From assembly GCA_963743885.1 (NCBI GenBank), contig CAVURJ010000002.1, positions 369,706-433,705 of the forward strand: a stretch of DNA of 64,000 bases, written 5' to 3'. A program made the translations under genes and the position numbers. Shown one piece after another: positions 20,080-28,341 of this stretch. The DNA is from Candidatus Moraniibacteriota bacterium (lineage in GTDB: Bacteria > Patescibacteriota > Minisyncoccia > Moranbacterales > UBA1568). The notes beneath the pieces were generated by a model that was not told the DNA's origin, did no database searches, and saw only the letters and a list, made by a program, of their open reading frames with translations. Each line of letters begins with the position of its first letter. Within the stretch, counting starts at the first letter, position 1.

Positions 20080-21633
20080 ATGGGACTCACTTGGAATCGG
20101 ACGTGGCAGCTGCTCTTCGTGATCGTGGTACTCGCGGCGGGGATGCGTTTCTATGGGCTCGGGAACAATTCGTTCGTGGCGGATGAGTTCCTCGATATCA
20201 ACTCGAGCTATGGTTACGCGCAGACGGAGGAATGGAAGGCTTGGGATTTCAATTTCGGGCAGCCGGCCGTGATGAATGAGAATGATGCTCGCGATGAGCG
20301 TGCCTTCATCTACAAGTGGCAGGTGGCGCAGCTCTTCGAGGTACTGCCGCCGACCGAAGCCGTCGCCCGTTCCGTGAGCGTAGCTTGGGGGCTTGTCTCT
20401 GTCGTCGCGATGTTCTGGGCGGCGTATGTCTACACACGGAAGAAGGAGATCGGTCTGCTTGCCGCACTTCTTTTTGCAGTAGCGGTTTCTGGTATCATCT
20501 TCGATCGTCGTCTGCGCATGTATGCGATGTTCTTTCCGGTCTATCTTGTTCTCGCGACCGTACTGTATCGTTTCCTCGAATCAGAATATCAGGGGAAGAT
20601 TGAATGGATCCGGACGCTCTGGAAGCGGACCGAGCTCAACCTCTCCTATGCACCGGCTGTTCTAGTGTTTGGCATCCTTGGAATCATGACACATCAGCTG
20701 ACCGCCGTCATCGTATTTTCGGCTGCAGCCTACCTCGCCGCTCGTGCCGTGTGCGAATATCGTGCTTCGCATACCCTGAAGAACAAATATGTAGCACTTC
20801 TCGGGGCAGGACTACTCGGTCTCGTGCTGCTCTACTTCGTCGCGTCGGGGCTCATCCTTGCTTTCGCGGCTGGACTGACATTCCTTGATGACCATTATAG
20901 CTATTTCGGCTATATCTTCGCGGATTATGCACACCAGCTCCTGGTAGCGGCGCTTATGGCATACGGTGCGTATACGCTCGCTCGAACGGGCGAAGAGGGC
21001 CGCAAGGCTGCAGGATGGCTCTCGCTATCTTTCCTTGTGCCGCTCATCCTCGCGGTCTGGTTCTTCCGTCGCAATGCCGGCCCGCAGTATATCTTCTTCG
21101 CGCAGTCCTTCGGTATGATTCTGGCAGCAGCTGGTATCTGGTATCTGTGGGAACTTCTTTCCAGTCGTTTCGCCGAGTGGGGGAAGAAGGGTTCGTATGC
21201 ACTCCTCGTGCTCATGATCTTCCTTGTGCCGAATTGGGGGTATTTCCTCGAGGAGAACAATACCTATCACGAGACATCGACTGGCGGCAATCCGAACTAT
21301 CGCAAGGTCTTCACATATTTCGAGAAGACCATGGCGGAAGGCGATGTGCTCATCACCCGCAATTTCCGCAATTATTATTGGTCGGACGCAAAGGTACCGG
21401 TCTTTGATTTCGGCGGCGAGCTGTCCAAGGAGCGCTTTTCGCTTGCGGAGCTTGAGAAGATCGTGGCGGAGCATCAGCACGGTTGGGTGATCATCTCGAC
21501 GAATGACTACGACTACATTTCGAAGGAAGCTGAGGAATACTGGAAGAAGCATATGGAGCGCGTGAGTAACGATAAAGTCCGCGGTGATATTGAGGTGTAT
21601 CGGTGGGGTGTCAGTGTGCCGATGCTGCCGTAA
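20080..21633 (+). CDS. GT-C (GT39-like) membrane glycosyltransferase
   Basis: SFVADE, AVARSVS and RLRMYA motifs; multiple TMs. Confidence 0.8.
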   Translation: MGLTWNRTWQLLFVIVVLAAGMRFYGLGNNSFVADEFLDINSSYGYAQTEEWKAWDFNFGQPAVMNENDARDERAFIYKWQVAQLFEVLPPTEAVARSVSVAWGLVSVVAMFWAAYVYTRKKEIGLLAALLFAVAVSGIIFDRRLRMYAMFFPVYLVLATVLYRFLESEYQGKIEWIRTLWKRTELNLSYAPAVLVFGILGIMTHQLTAVIVFSAAAYLAARAVCEYRASHTLKNKYVALLGAGLLGLVLLYFVASGLILAFAAGLTFLDDHYSYFGYIFADYAHQLLVAALMAYGAYTLARTGEEGRKAAGWLSLSFLVPLILAVWFFRRNAGPQYIFFAQSFGMILAAAGIWYLWELLSSRFAEWGKKGSYALLVLMIFLVPNWGYFLEENNTYHETSTGGNPNYRKVFTYFEKTMAEGDVLITRNFRNYYWSDAKVPVFDFGGELSKERFSLAELEKIVAEHQHGWVIISTNDYDYISKEAEEYWKKHMERVSNDKVRGDIEVYRWGVSVPMLP

Positions 21634-21657
21634 GCGCGAGAGGATTTGTGGAGAAGT

Positions 21658-21702
21658 AAAAAAAATCGTCCAGAGTCCCCATATGGGTTCTGGACGTTTT
21701 TT
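21658..21702. terminator. Bidirectional intrinsic terminator
   Basis: A-tract, CGTCCAGA..TCTGGACG stem, T-tract between convergent genes. Confidence 0.7.
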
Positions 21703-21727
21703 CTGTCGGGTTTCCGATAGAATGTGG

Positions 21728-22381
21728 CTAAGTAGCTTCGGTGATAATCGTGGTCTGCCCGTCGCTATACGGCCCGGATCTCTTGTTGGATTCCTTCCGA
21801 AGGCAGTAATCCTCGATTTCTGTCGGGGTGAAAGCACATTCGTGCTCGAGCAGGTAGAGCGCTTCCCCTTCTGGGTCTGCTGTAAGCGACAGCTTTTTCA
21901 AGAGAAGTTTGTAGAGCTTCCGGCAGAAGAGTTTCCTGATTTTCGCGTACGTCTCGTTGCTGATTTCAGAACGATTGGCGTAGTAGAACTCATGGAATGA
22001 GACCAAATAGCCGCTTCTGGTCTGCTGATAAGACTGCCAGCATTCGTTATCCGGATCTGATGGATCCAAGCTCTGCTTGTATGCGCTGATGATTTGTCCT
22101 GGCCGATTCTTGCAATCCTCGTAGAGATCATCTGGTGTAGCGTCGAATTCGATCCAATCGATGGCGCCGATCCGGTCGGCTCGCTTGATGATATTCATAA
22201 GCCGCATAGCGCAATCATAGCAGAAGCATTGATTGAACGGGCTCCGGAAATTTTCAACCGTCACTTCCCGTTCGAGCGCGAGCTTGATGTTGAGAGCGCG
22301 ATTCCGGGCGAGCGCCCGTAGGATCGGTAGGAGAGTGACGTTGTGGATGCTGATAAGAACAGCGAAAAGGGCATTCCTCAT
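21728..22381 (-). CDS. Hypothetical protein
   Basis: ORF with AAGGA SD before ATG (MRNALF); no recognisable motif. Confidence 0.55.
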   Translation of the reverse strand: MRNALFAVLISIHNVTLLPILRALARNRALNIKLALEREVTVENFRSPFNQCFCYDCAMRLMNIIKRADRIGAIDWIEFDATPDDLYEDCKNRPGQIISAYKQSLDPSDPDNECWQSYQQTRSGYLVSFHEFYYANRSEISNETYAKIRKLFCRKLYKLLLKKLSLTADPEGEALYLLEHECAFTPTEIEDYCLRKESNKRSGPYSDGQTTIITEAT

Positions 22382-22463
22382 GGCTGCTATTCCTTTCTTG
22401 GGGGCAATGGGATTGTGAAGGAACAGAATCTCTATCACGCTATAGTATGCATTGGAAGCATAA

Positions 22464-23960
22464 TTATGTCAATATTTCGCCGGTCTTTTTTGGTCGGGAG
22501 AAGAGTTTGATGAGCGGGGCGATATCGTCGTCTGTAAGCTCTCGGACGAGGCGGAGCAATGCGAAGTAAGCGAAGAAGAGGATAGTACCGGAGACGAGGA
22601 AACTCCAATCGCCCATCGGGAAGACGTGTTTGGCAAAGAGCGCGATGATGATGGCGGCCAAGTGCGAGAAGAAGATCATGTGGATCGAGATATGCGCGTG
22701 GAAGTGAATCTTGGTATAGATGAGGATACCAATCATGAGGAGACAGGAGATGATGGTCGTGGCGAAGGCGGCACCGAGGATGCCGTAGGGCGGAATGAGG
22801 AAGAAAGTGAGGATCGCCATGCCGATGAAGCCGCCGATCGAGAGGTACATAGGAATCTTTACCTGGCCTGCGCCGTTTAATGCGAAAGCGAGGACATAGA
22901 AGACGGTGAGGAAACCGACACCAATCGCGAAGACGCCCATGGTCGCTTCGGCGCCCTCGTAACGGCTGCCGTAGAAGAGATGGAGCACCTGCGAGGCATA
23001 GGTGGAGAGGAGTGTGATGACCGGGAAGAGGATGAGGACGAGCAGCCGGAGCGCTTTCTCAACGAGGCTCTTGGTTTCAGCATCATTGCGTTCGGCGGTC
23101 GTCTTGGAGATGGCCGGAAGCATGATCATGGCGAGTGCCGCGAAGAGGTAGTAGGGCACGCGGCCGACAGTGATGGCAGCGTTGTAGAGGCCGGTCAGGT
23201 GATCATTCTGGAGGAGTGCTTTGACGAAATAGAGGTCGATGGTGAGTAGAAGCTCGTAGAAGACGAGAAAAAGCGTAAGCGGGCCGGCGTAGGCGAGGAT
23301 GGTCTTGGCAGGAAAATCGAAGGCATGGCCGTCTTGTTTCGCACCATAGCCGAGCCGGCGCTTGACGTAGAACTCGTCGATCAGGATGGCTGCGCCGAAA
23401 GTGAAGAGCGGAGCGAGGATATAGCCGCCGACCGCGCCTTCGAGGCCGAAGAAGACAGCTGCAAGCGCGATGAAACCGACGCGAGCGAAAGAGCGGATGA
23501 TCTTCATGATGGCCTGGATCTTGAAGAGATGGAGGCCGATCAGGTAGTAGTGATAGAAGGAAGCCGCGGCGAAGGCCGGGATGATGAGTGAGGAGATACG
23601 AAAGAGTGACGTGAGCGATGGGTCGCGGAGTGCCCAAGCGATGACCGGAGCGAGCAGAAAGAAGAGGACGGTGATACCGCCGATGATCGCTGCCTGGAGG
23701 AGGGCGGTCTTGTGTTTGATAGAGCGGATCTGCGACGGATCTTGCTCGAGAACGGCGCTCAGATACTTCGACATGGCAGTCGGGATGCCATTGCCGATGA
23801 GTACGATGACCATGGTCGTGAGCGTGACCACGAGACCGTAGCGGCCGTAGTCAGCCGGCCCCAAGATGCGCCCGGCGACCGAATGTACGACGTAGGCGGC
23901 GACGTTGAATATCAGTTCAGAGGCTGTCAGCCAGATGAGCGCGGAGGAGAATTTTTTCAT
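22464..23960 (-). CDS. Polysaccharide flippase (Wzx/MOP family)
   Basis: LGPADYG, GLYNAA and P.IS motifs; about 14 TMs. Confidence 0.88.
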   Translation of the reverse strand: MKKFSSALIWLTASELIFNVAAYVVHSVAGRILGPADYGRYGLVVTLTTMVIVLIGNGIPTAMSKYLSAVLEQDPSQIRSIKHKTALLQAAIIGGITVLFFLLAPVIAWALRDPSLTSLFRISSLIIPAFAAASFYHYYLIGLHLFKIQAIMKIIRSFARVGFIALAAVFFGLEGAVGGYILAPLFTFGAAILIDEFYVKRRLGYGAKQDGHAFDFPAKTILAYAGPLTLFLVFYELLLTIDLYFVKALLQNDHLTGLYNAAITVGRVPYYLFAALAMIMLPAISKTTAERNDAETKSLVEKALRLLVLILFPVITLLSTYASQVLHLFYGSRYEGAEATMGVFAIGVGFLTVFYVLAFALNGAGQVKIPMYLSIGGFIGMAILTFFLIPPYGILGAAFATTIISCLLMIGILIYTKIHFHAHISIHMIFFSHLAAIIIALFAKHVFPMGDWSFLVSGTILFFAYFALLRLVRELTDDDIAPLIKLFSRPKKTGEILT

Positions 23961-23963
23961 AAT

Positions 23964-24075
23964 CGATACGAATACTATCACCCGATACGAATACTGCGAA
24001 TTATATCCGAATGACACGAATTAATTGAGGCCCGATACGAATGATCCGAAAAATATCCGAATAACACGAATTAAT
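23964..24075. repeat. Degenerate 9-10-mer tandem tract (..CGAAT..)
   Basis: Repeated TACGAATACT/TCCGAATGAC/ACGAATTA units directly upstream of the flippase start. Confidence 0.6.
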
Positions 24076-24136
24076 AATTCCCTACCTATCAGTAAGAGAA
24101 TAACCGACTATTTCTTTTATTGTAGAGGTTTTTTGG

Positions 24137-24506
24137 AAAAAAAGAAAAGGCTACTATGGAGGGTAGCCTTGGGTGGGACGGAGATCCGGAGGGTTGAGAT
24201 GATCGATCCCTTGTCGACTTTTGTCGAATCCTCTGGTTTCAGCTCGGGCAGGCGTATCGTCGCATGAGTGGAAGGGTTGGGCGTTTGCACGCGTTTTCCA
24301 AAACCCGCATCACTAATGAGCCGTGCCGCTGGAAGAAATTTTCTTCCTTAGCTGATTATCGCAAGGGATATCCCGTATTTTCGGTTGAGGATGAGTATGG
24401 GTCTGCAATGTGCAGTTACGTCCATGCGATATCTCTCCCGGGCTCTCCGTCCCTGGAAAAGCTCTTCTGAAAAGCCCTTTCAGGGACGGGGAAAGCATTG
24501 TTAAGA
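24137..24506 (-). ncRNA. Candidate ~370-nt structured non-coding transcript
   Basis: Promoter TTGACA-17-TAGAAT (24541-24513), several hairpins, terminator AAGGCTAC..GTAGCCTT-T-tract, no credible ORF. Confidence 0.4.
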
Positions 24507-24547
24507 ACATTTATTCTAGCGCAAAAAACGTATTCTGTCAAGAATAT

Positions 24548-25177
24548 TTATGATAGAATTCCTGATTTTTCCTTTACTTGAACGAATATTGACTCTTTAT
24601 CTGTGGAGGCGTCGATGACGGTCATGTTCCAGGAAGTAAGCTTTTTCTTGAAGAGAGTCTGCTTGGCGTGGAGATAGTCGATGCCTTGTTCTGGGGCGCG
24701 CTCGCGCGACATGATGGTCTCTGGGGTGAGATCGAAGTATAAAGCGAAATCTGGATGTGGGAGGATGCCCTCGATGAGGCGAGCACGGAGATCCCAGAAA
24801 GCGAAGCGCGGCGGCTTCCCTTCGGAGAGGTATTCGAGGTTGATGATGGTGTCGTAGAAGTAGCGGTCGGAGAGGAGATAGTCGCAGTTCTCTTTCTTGA
24901 GTTTCCGGAGCAGGCAGTGGAAGCGCCAAATATCGATGACGAGGAATTTCTGTCTGGTGACAAGCGAGAGCCAGGAGGCTCGAGTAATCGCCTTGTCTTT
25001 GCCTGGTTCGAAATCTTTCCGGCCCTTGAGGAGGCGTGCCAATCTGTTCAGGAATGAGAATTCGATTGCGTGGAAATACGCGACATTGTGATTGTCGCGC
25101 TCAAGCTTCTCCCGAAGGAGTGTTAATTGGGTCGATTTTCCGGATCCGTCGACACCGGAAAAAGTGATGAATTTCAT
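24548..25177 (-). CDS. Thymidylate-kinase-like P-loop kinase
   Basis: GVDGSGKST, DRYFYD and P.PD motifs. Confidence 0.8.
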   Translation of the reverse strand: MKFITFSGVDGSGKSTQLTLLREKLERDNHNVAYFHAIEFSFLNRLARLLKGRKDFEPGKDKAITRASWLSLVTRQKFLVIDIWRFHCLLRKLKKENCDYLLSDRYFYDTIINLEYLSEGKPPRFAFWDLRARLIEGILPHPDFALYFDLTPETIMSRERAPEQGIDYLHAKQTLFKKKLTSWNMTVIDASTDKESIFVQVKEKSGILS

Positions 25178-25272
25178 AGACTAAGAGTATCAAAAATGGC
25201 TTCTGTTCGCAAACAAAGAAATAGCCCCGCGATACTGCACGTATGCGGGGCACGAGGGAATGAGCGGGCGGC

Positions 25273-25581
25273 TTACTGATAGTCCGTAAGTGCGATTTCC
25301 TTGGCCTTGTCGTAGGCTGCGGCAATGATCGGGGCAGCGTTGTAGCTGTTATCGCATCTTCCATTGGGAAGGCTACGGAAGCATCCTTCGCGAGAGAGGT
25401 CATACCCCGTTATGGCGCGTGCGGCTACACTTCTTTGTTGTAGGGTCTCGTCGAGTTGCTCGCAATCGACGATGAAGTAAACAGCAACACCGAGAGCTGG
25501 GAAACAGGCTACCATCTGGTGCGGGCCGCTCCCAGAGTACGGGTTGTGCTCGTAAATGAACGGATTTTCAGGGAACTGCAT
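25273..25581 (-). CDS. Hypothetical protein (stand-alone cassette)
   Basis: AAGGAG SD before ATG; promoter TTGACG-17-CATAAT at 25652-25624. Confidence 0.6.
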   Translation of the reverse strand: MQFPENPFIYEHNPYSGSGPHQMVACFPALGVAVYFIVDCEQLDETLQQRSVAARAITGYDLSREGCFRSLPNGRCDNSYNAAPIIAAAYDKAKEIALTDYQ

Positions 25582-25747
25582 TGCAATCTCCTTTTCGTTG
25601 GTTGGTCCGGATTTGGACATTCGATTATGGCATGATATCGGTTTTCCGTCAATGCGCCACTACGCTTGTTTGTGCTATTCTTATATAAAATACGCAGTGG
25701 GATATGACAAGAAGAATACCCAATAAAGTGGTCGTACCAGTTTTGAT

Positions 25748-26155
25748 ATGAAAGACCAGAATTATTACGATACCTTCATAGAAGTCGCAGATGATTGTCC
25801 GGCGATGGCTGGTGAGGTGCCAGTACAGAAAACCACTGAGAAATCAGTGGCTGTCTTGCAGCATGAACTGATAAGCAAGCATCCGGGGAAGTATACGCAA
25901 GAGGATGTGCTTTTCAGGGTCTTCGCTACGAGGCAGGGGATTGCCCGTGCCGATCAGAAGAAAGCTCGCGAGGTATTCTTTTCCAAGGGGCAGCCGTGTA
26001 TGCGGTGTTCGCCGCTCGGGAAACGATACGGATGGGGCATTTATTGCGATTCAGATGGCAGAGTCTCTCTGATATCGAGAGGTACGAAAGAATATGCGAA
26101 GTTGGCTAGCGACAAGACGATAAAGCATCTCAAAGCGATGCGATCGAAACGTTAG
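25748..26155 (+). CDS. Conserved hypothetical protein (DUF6157-like)
   Basis: NYYDTFIEVADDCP...FFSKGQPC.R.SPL.KRYGWG pattern, recalled from this family. Confidence 0.6.
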   Translation: MKDQNYYDTFIEVADDCPAMAGEVPVQKTTEKSVAVLQHELISKHPGKYTQEDVLFRVFATRQGIARADQKKAREVFFSKGQPCMRCSPLGKRYGWGIYCDSDGRVSLISRGTKEYAKLASDKTIKHLKAMRSKR

Positions 26156-26158
26156 TAT

Positions 26159-27619
26159 ATGGTAAGATATTTTTTCTTTGCATTTCTTTTTCTTCTGCCG
26201 CTTCAGACGGTGTATTTGTTGCGCGAAGTATTTGTCGGGGGAGAGAAGTGGCAGTATGGTGTGATTGCCGTGTATGGAACAGACGTTATACTTCTTTTTT
26301 CGATAGTTGCTTTTATCTTTTCTTGTGATCTAAGGAAGCGATGGCAATCGATAAGTGATGCAGGATGCAAGATAAGTGATTGGAAACGAAGTTTCCAGAA
26401 TCCTTTATCCCTTATCTCTTATCCCTTATCTCTTATCGTGCTCGTTCTGTGGGCTGGTCTGTCTATTCTATGGGCGCCGGATCAGATGCTGGCTGCATAT
26501 TTCTTCGTGAAACTCCTACTTGCGGCCGGAGTATTCTTTTTGGCGCGATCGCTTTCTGATGAAGATACAAAGACCGCGATTAGATTGCTGATTATCGGAG
26601 CGGTAGTGCAGAGCCTGCTTGGAGCATGGCAGTTCCTCGCACAGAGCACGTTCGCCTCGACGCTCCTCGGTATGAGCGCACACGAGGTGGCAGAGGCCGG
26701 GACGTCGGTGCTCAAAGGTTGGCACCAGCGTTGGCTCCGTGCGTATGGAACGTTCGAGCATCCGAACGTGTTAGGAGGATTCTTAGCGACTGTACTTGTG
26801 TTGATTGTCGGTTATTTTTCTTCTGTCATTCCGGCCCCCGAGCCGGAATCCAGGACTTCGTTTTCTGGATCCCGGATCAAGTCCGGGATGACAATAGCTA
26901 GCGCTATCATTGTTCTCCTTGGATTAATCCTGACCTTTTCTCGTTCCGCGTGGCTCGGAGCAGCTTTAGGTATCACTGTTTTTTCAATATATTCCTACCT
27001 GAACTTGGTATCTAATCGTGTCATAATTCCGCGGCCGCGGAATTATGACACTGTTTTTGGAATGCTCATGGTATTGGGAGTGGCAGGAGCAGTGTTTGTG
27101 GGGGTGTTGCATGAGACGGTGTTTCCGCGGTTCGATAGCGCGGCGATAGAGCGTGAGGGATCGGTCTCAGAGCGCGTACAATCGCTCGAGGACGCGAAAA
27201 CGGTCATAGGTGAGGGGAATATGCTCCTCGGCACGGGAGTTGGCAATTCCACAGCTGAAATGATGCGATTACAGCCTGGCCGGCCCGTATGGAGTATCCA
27301 ACCGGCGCACAATATTCCCGTTCTCGTCTTTGCCGAGCTTGGCTTGGTCGGACTGGTGCTCTTCATAACTTTTCTTTTCTCTGTCATTCTGATCCGCCAG
27401 CCAGCGGAGAAGAATCTCGAGATTCCTCGACAACCTGCCCGACACGCTGATGCGAGTCACGCGGGCGGGGCTCGGAATGACAGCCAGGGGCATGGCGCGA
27501 TATATATCGTCGCACTTGTAGTGCTTGTCCCCGCGCTACTTCTCGACCATTACCTCTGGACATCGCATTTCGGATTGTTATTCTTCTTCCTGCTCCTTGG
27601 CTTTGCAGCGAGGAGATAA
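26159..27619 (+). CDS. O-antigen ligase (Wzy_C)-family membrane protein with in-frame repeat insertions
   Basis: RAYGTFEHPN, TFSRSAW, LGTGVG and PAHN..L..AELG motifs. Confidence 0.85.
   Translation: MVRYFFFAFLFLLPLQTVYLLREVFVGGEKWQYGVIAVYGTDVILLFSIVAFIFSCDLRKRWQSISDAGCKISDWKRSFQNPLSLISYPLSLIVLVLWAGLSILWAPDQMLAAYFFVKLLLAAGVFFLARSLSDEDTKTAIRLLIIGAVVQSLLGAWQFLAQSTFASTLLGMSAHEVAEAGTSVLKGWHQRWLRAYGTFEHPNVLGGFLATVLVLIVGYFSSVIPAPEPESRTSFSGSRIKSGMTIASAIIVLLGLILTFSRSAWLGAALGITVFSIYSYLNLVSNRVIIPRPRNYDTVFGMLMVLGVAGAVFVGVLHETVFPRFDSAAIEREGSVSERVQSLEDAKTVIGEGNMLLGTGVGNSTAEMMRLQPGRPVWSIQPAHNIPVLVFAELGLVGLVLFITFLFSVILIRQPAEKNLEIPRQPARHADASHAGGARNDSQGHGAIYIVALVVLVPALLLDHYLWTSHFGLLFFFLLLGFAARR
27018..27051. 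repeat. Perfect 34-bp palindrome inside the CDS
   Basis: GTGTCATAATTCCGCGG|CCGCGGAATTATGACAC. Confidence 0.9.
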
Positions 27620-27669
27620 AAAAAGACCTGCCGAAGTTTTGCCTCGGCAGGCTTGTCATGGTGGATCGT

Positions 27670-28122
27670 TCAGGTGTTGGCCTTCAAGAAGGCGGCGATG
27701 ATGTTCTTGGCCTCTTCAGGGGTTTCGTAGCTGTGACACTCGAACGGTGTCGAAATGAAAGCCGAGCCTTGTTTACCTCGAGTGTAGGCAGACACGGCTA
27801 CTTTGTCGCCTTTGAATAGGCAAAGAATTGGCTTTCCGAGGTGGGCCATGTCTGCGATTTCGCCGCCAGTACCCAGGCTCGGATTACTGATTTCGAATAC
27901 GCCGGCAGCGGATGCTTGCAGCCAGCGGTAGTCCCGATCATGGATATCGGCTGGCGATAGAGCGTTCTCTTCTTCAAGGACACCCTTCCGCACCTGGTGC
28001 TTCGAGGCGAGCTCATAGCCGAGTTCTTCGATGATGGCTGGGAGCTGAGCCAGGTCTTCCCGACTCACTACTCCGTGACCGCCACGCATGGAACATCCGA
28101 AAAACACTTTCTTATTTGCCAT
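27670..28122 (-). CDS. Nucleoside 2-deoxyribosyltransferase / DNPH1(Rcl)-like N-hydrolase
   Basis: FFGCSMRGG, IHDRD..WL, EIS.PSLG.G.E and KPILCLF; own promoter TTGACA-17-TATGCT. Confidence 0.8.
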   Translation of the reverse strand: MANKKVFFGCSMRGGHGVVSREDLAQLPAIIEELGYELASKHQVRKGVLEEENALSPADIHDRDYRWLQASAAGVFEISNPSLGTGGEIADMAHLGKPILCLFKGDKVAVSAYTRGKQGSAFISTPFECHSYETPEEAKNIIAAFLKANT

Positions 28123-28341
28123 CAGAATCTCCTTGTTTGATTGGAAACAACTATTACTAACACCTGAGCATAGGGAATAAGCGGCTTGTTGTCAACAAAA
28201 AACCGCTTCGGTCAATATGACGGAGCGGCTTTTTCTTTGTCTGGGATATTCTTGGGTGTCACCACGGGATTCTTCGCTACGCTCAGAATGACAAGAAATT
28301 TGAATTCCGTTGATTGTTAGCTGTTCACTGCTGACTGATTC

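Noticed and set aside
24220-24250. tmRNA 5' motif GGATTCGAC on the minus strand
   Set aside because: No GGGG start and only ~80 nt remain before the terminator
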